From the NCBI GenBank assembly GCA_048571215.1, contig CP182352.1:704001-768000 (forward strand): 64,000 nucleotides of DNA, given 5' to 3'. The translations under genes were made by a program, and so were the position numbers. Positions 62,425-64,000 of the stretch are shown here, piece by piece. Source of the DNA: Halarcobacter sp. Lineage in GTDB: Bacteria > Campylobacterota > Campylobacteria > Campylobacterales > Arcobacteraceae. Numbering within the stretch: the stretch's first letter is position 1; each line of letters starts with the position of its first letter. Under the pieces are notes generated by a model. The model saw only the letters and a program-made list of their open reading frames with translations, ran no database searches and was not told the DNA's origin.

Positions 62425-63217
62425 ATTTAAAATAATCCATAAGAGATTTATTTTTTATAAATATTTTATTTATGATTTTTATTTGTTCTTTGCTTAGTTT
62501 ATTAATTTGTTTTTGATTCATATTTGTAAGAGTTTCGTTGTATATACCTTTTACTAGAATTTTTTGTTTTAAGTTTATATCCTTTAGTTCTGGTAAAAAG
62601 TTTTTGATTTTGTTTTCAATTAAATCAGGTGTATCACACATTTGTTCATAGGTAAAAAATATACTGTTATCTTTAAATGTTTCAAGATTGCTTTTTTGAT
62701 ATTCAAAACATTTCATTATATGTTTTGCAGCAATCTCAAAGATATCTTCATTATCTTTACAGTTTTTTAATTTTCTTCTACTGATTCCTTCAACAACAGC
62801 ATAGGGGTTTCTTACCATAAATATAAAATAAGTATTAAAAAAATTTTGTTTGAGTTGATCTACTATTAGTAAAAAAGGTGGAGTTTTAGTAGTGAAAATT
62901 GATGCTATATTTGTTTTTGAAAAAGCTTGAAAATACCAAGCTTTTTTTGTTATTTTCCATGCATAAAGAGATTTATCTAAGAGTATATCTAGACTTTCTT
63001 TACTAGAAGCCCAGATTAAAGGTTTGTTGACTGTTTGGGTTGTTGGACCTTTATATCCATATATCCATTGAGCTTCTCTTTTTAGGTTCCAAGTGTTATT
63101 ACAAGTTTGTAGAATGTTTTCAAAAAAAGTTGATCCACTATTGTTGGGACAAATCAAAAAAAGATGTTTTTCAATTAACTTTTCAAGTTCAAATTGTGCT
63201 GATAGATATTTTTTCAT
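62408..63217 (-). CDS. Sulfotransferase (Sulfotransfer_3-like)
   Basis: PNNSGST, KTP, FIFMVRNPY, YEQ.C..P. Confidence 0.8.
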   Translation of the reverse strand: MKKYLSAQFELEKLIEKHLFLICPNNSGSTFFENILQTCNNTWNLKREAQWIYGYKGPTTQTVNKPLIWASSKESLDILLDKSLYAWKITKKAWYFQAFSKTNIASIFTTKTPPFLLIVDQLKQNFFNTYFIFMVRNPYAVVEGISRRKLKNCKDNEDIFEIAAKHIMKCFEYQKSNLETFKDNSIFFTYEQMCDTPDLIENKIKNFLPELKDINLKQKILVKGIYNETLTNMNQKQINKLSKEQIKIINKIFIKNKSLMDYFKYEIIE

Positions 63218-63999
63218 ATTTTATCTTTTGTTTGTTCTTTTATACTAAGATATTGAAAAGCTTCAGTATAGTTTTCTTGCCATAATTTGAAAAATTTTAA
63301 AAGTACAATATCTTTTTGTATTTTGAAAAAATAGTTTTTAAAACTCCATGGTTTTGCACCATTAAAATGTAAAACTTTTATCTTTTTTATATTTTTAGGA
63401 ATAAAATTATTTAACTCTTTTCTTCTATTTAGTAGACAATTGTATGTTATTGGAAGAAAATTTGTATGATTTTCTAAAAGTTTGTTAAATACTATTTGAT
63501 CAGTATATGGTTCTTTTATATTTTGCCAAAATTTATAATCAAGATATTCTAATGTTTTTTTAAAATATATTTGTGAAACAAAATGCTTTGGCAAATATAT
63601 AAGTCCAGCATTAAAAGTTTTGTTTAGATTGTTTTTATCATTTTGATTAAAAACTACATCAAAAGTTGTTTTGTCCCTTGAATATCCTAAATATTGTATA
63701 TATTCAGCACATACAAGTACTTTTTCTTTTTCTTCAAAAATTTCACTTATATTGCTATTAAAAAGTATATCACTATCACAAAATAATATATTGGAGTTTG
63801 TATTTAAATTAAAAAGCTCCAAAGAGTAAAATCTATTTTTTTTATGTTTTAAATTAGGAGATTTAGAAGTTAAGATATCAACAGCTAATTTTAAATTTTT
63901 TGAAATAGAATGAAAAATTATATTTGGGAAGTTTTTAAGTATATTTTGATTTTCTATACTTAGTTGATTATGTAAAATTATGATTTTACCTTTAAACGT
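63214..63999 (-). CDS. Glycosyltransferase family 8 (5' partial)
   Basis: DSD (DxD), FNAG, DQIVFN, YN, LHFNGAKPW; frame stays open to the window end. Confidence 0.85.
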   Translation of the reverse strand, partial: TFKGKIIILHNQLSIENQNILKNFPNIIFHSISKNLKLAVDILTSKSPNLKHKKNRFYSLELFNLNTNSNILFCDSDILFNSNISEIFEEKEKVLVCAEYIQYLGYSRDKTTFDVVFNQNDKNNLNKTFNAGLIYLPKHFVSQIYFKKTLEYLDYKFWQNIKEPYTDQIVFNKLLENHTNFLPITYNCLLNRRKELNNFIPKNIKKIKVLHFNGAKPWSFKNYFFKIQKDIVLLKFFKLWQENYTEAFQYLSIKEQTKDKI

Positions 64000-64000
64000 T

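Overview
AT-rich bacterial chromosome window. Gene content and order (rpmB-K+ channel-argJ-gyrA-asd-hemE) suggest Campylobacterota, most likely Arcobacteraceae (inference). Layout: (1) 1-3.3 kb, end of a surface-glycan cluster. (2) 3.3-13.3 kb, core genes. (3) Two identical tRNA-Asn genes, then a ~7 kb integration hotspot (13.5-20.8 kb) with three copies of the tRNA 3' half plus ~230 bp, short arm-like repeats, a family of related hypothetical proteins and gene remnants; no integrase is present. Inside it, an unannotated ~600 bp gene relic (16978-17603, minus strand) has TGA at 6 of its 7 internal stops, in glycine-like contexts, suggesting DNA acquired from a genetic-code-25 organism (Gracilibacteria/Absconditabacteria). 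(4) 20.8-34.5 kb: a TetR/ABC1-kinase operon; a minimal eutBC-eat ethanolamine cassette bracketed by ~77 bp direct repeats; and a Crp-family module (two perfect TGTGA-N6-TCACA boxes, one centred between divergent promoters) with cytoplasmic and Tat-type DUF4242 paralogues, a dihaem cytochrome c and a three-CXXCH cytochrome c peroxidase. (5) 35-58.6 kb, mixed housekeeping and signalling genes (SelO, GlnRS-YqeY, FIST kinase, GGDEF proteins, lactate permease, NfeD/SPFH, pgm). (6) 58.9-64 kb, a non-prophage triplet of phage tail-collar genes with an Asp/Asn hydroxylase, a GNAT, two sulfotransferases and a GT8. All calls come from reading the sequence and motifs; no database searches were run.
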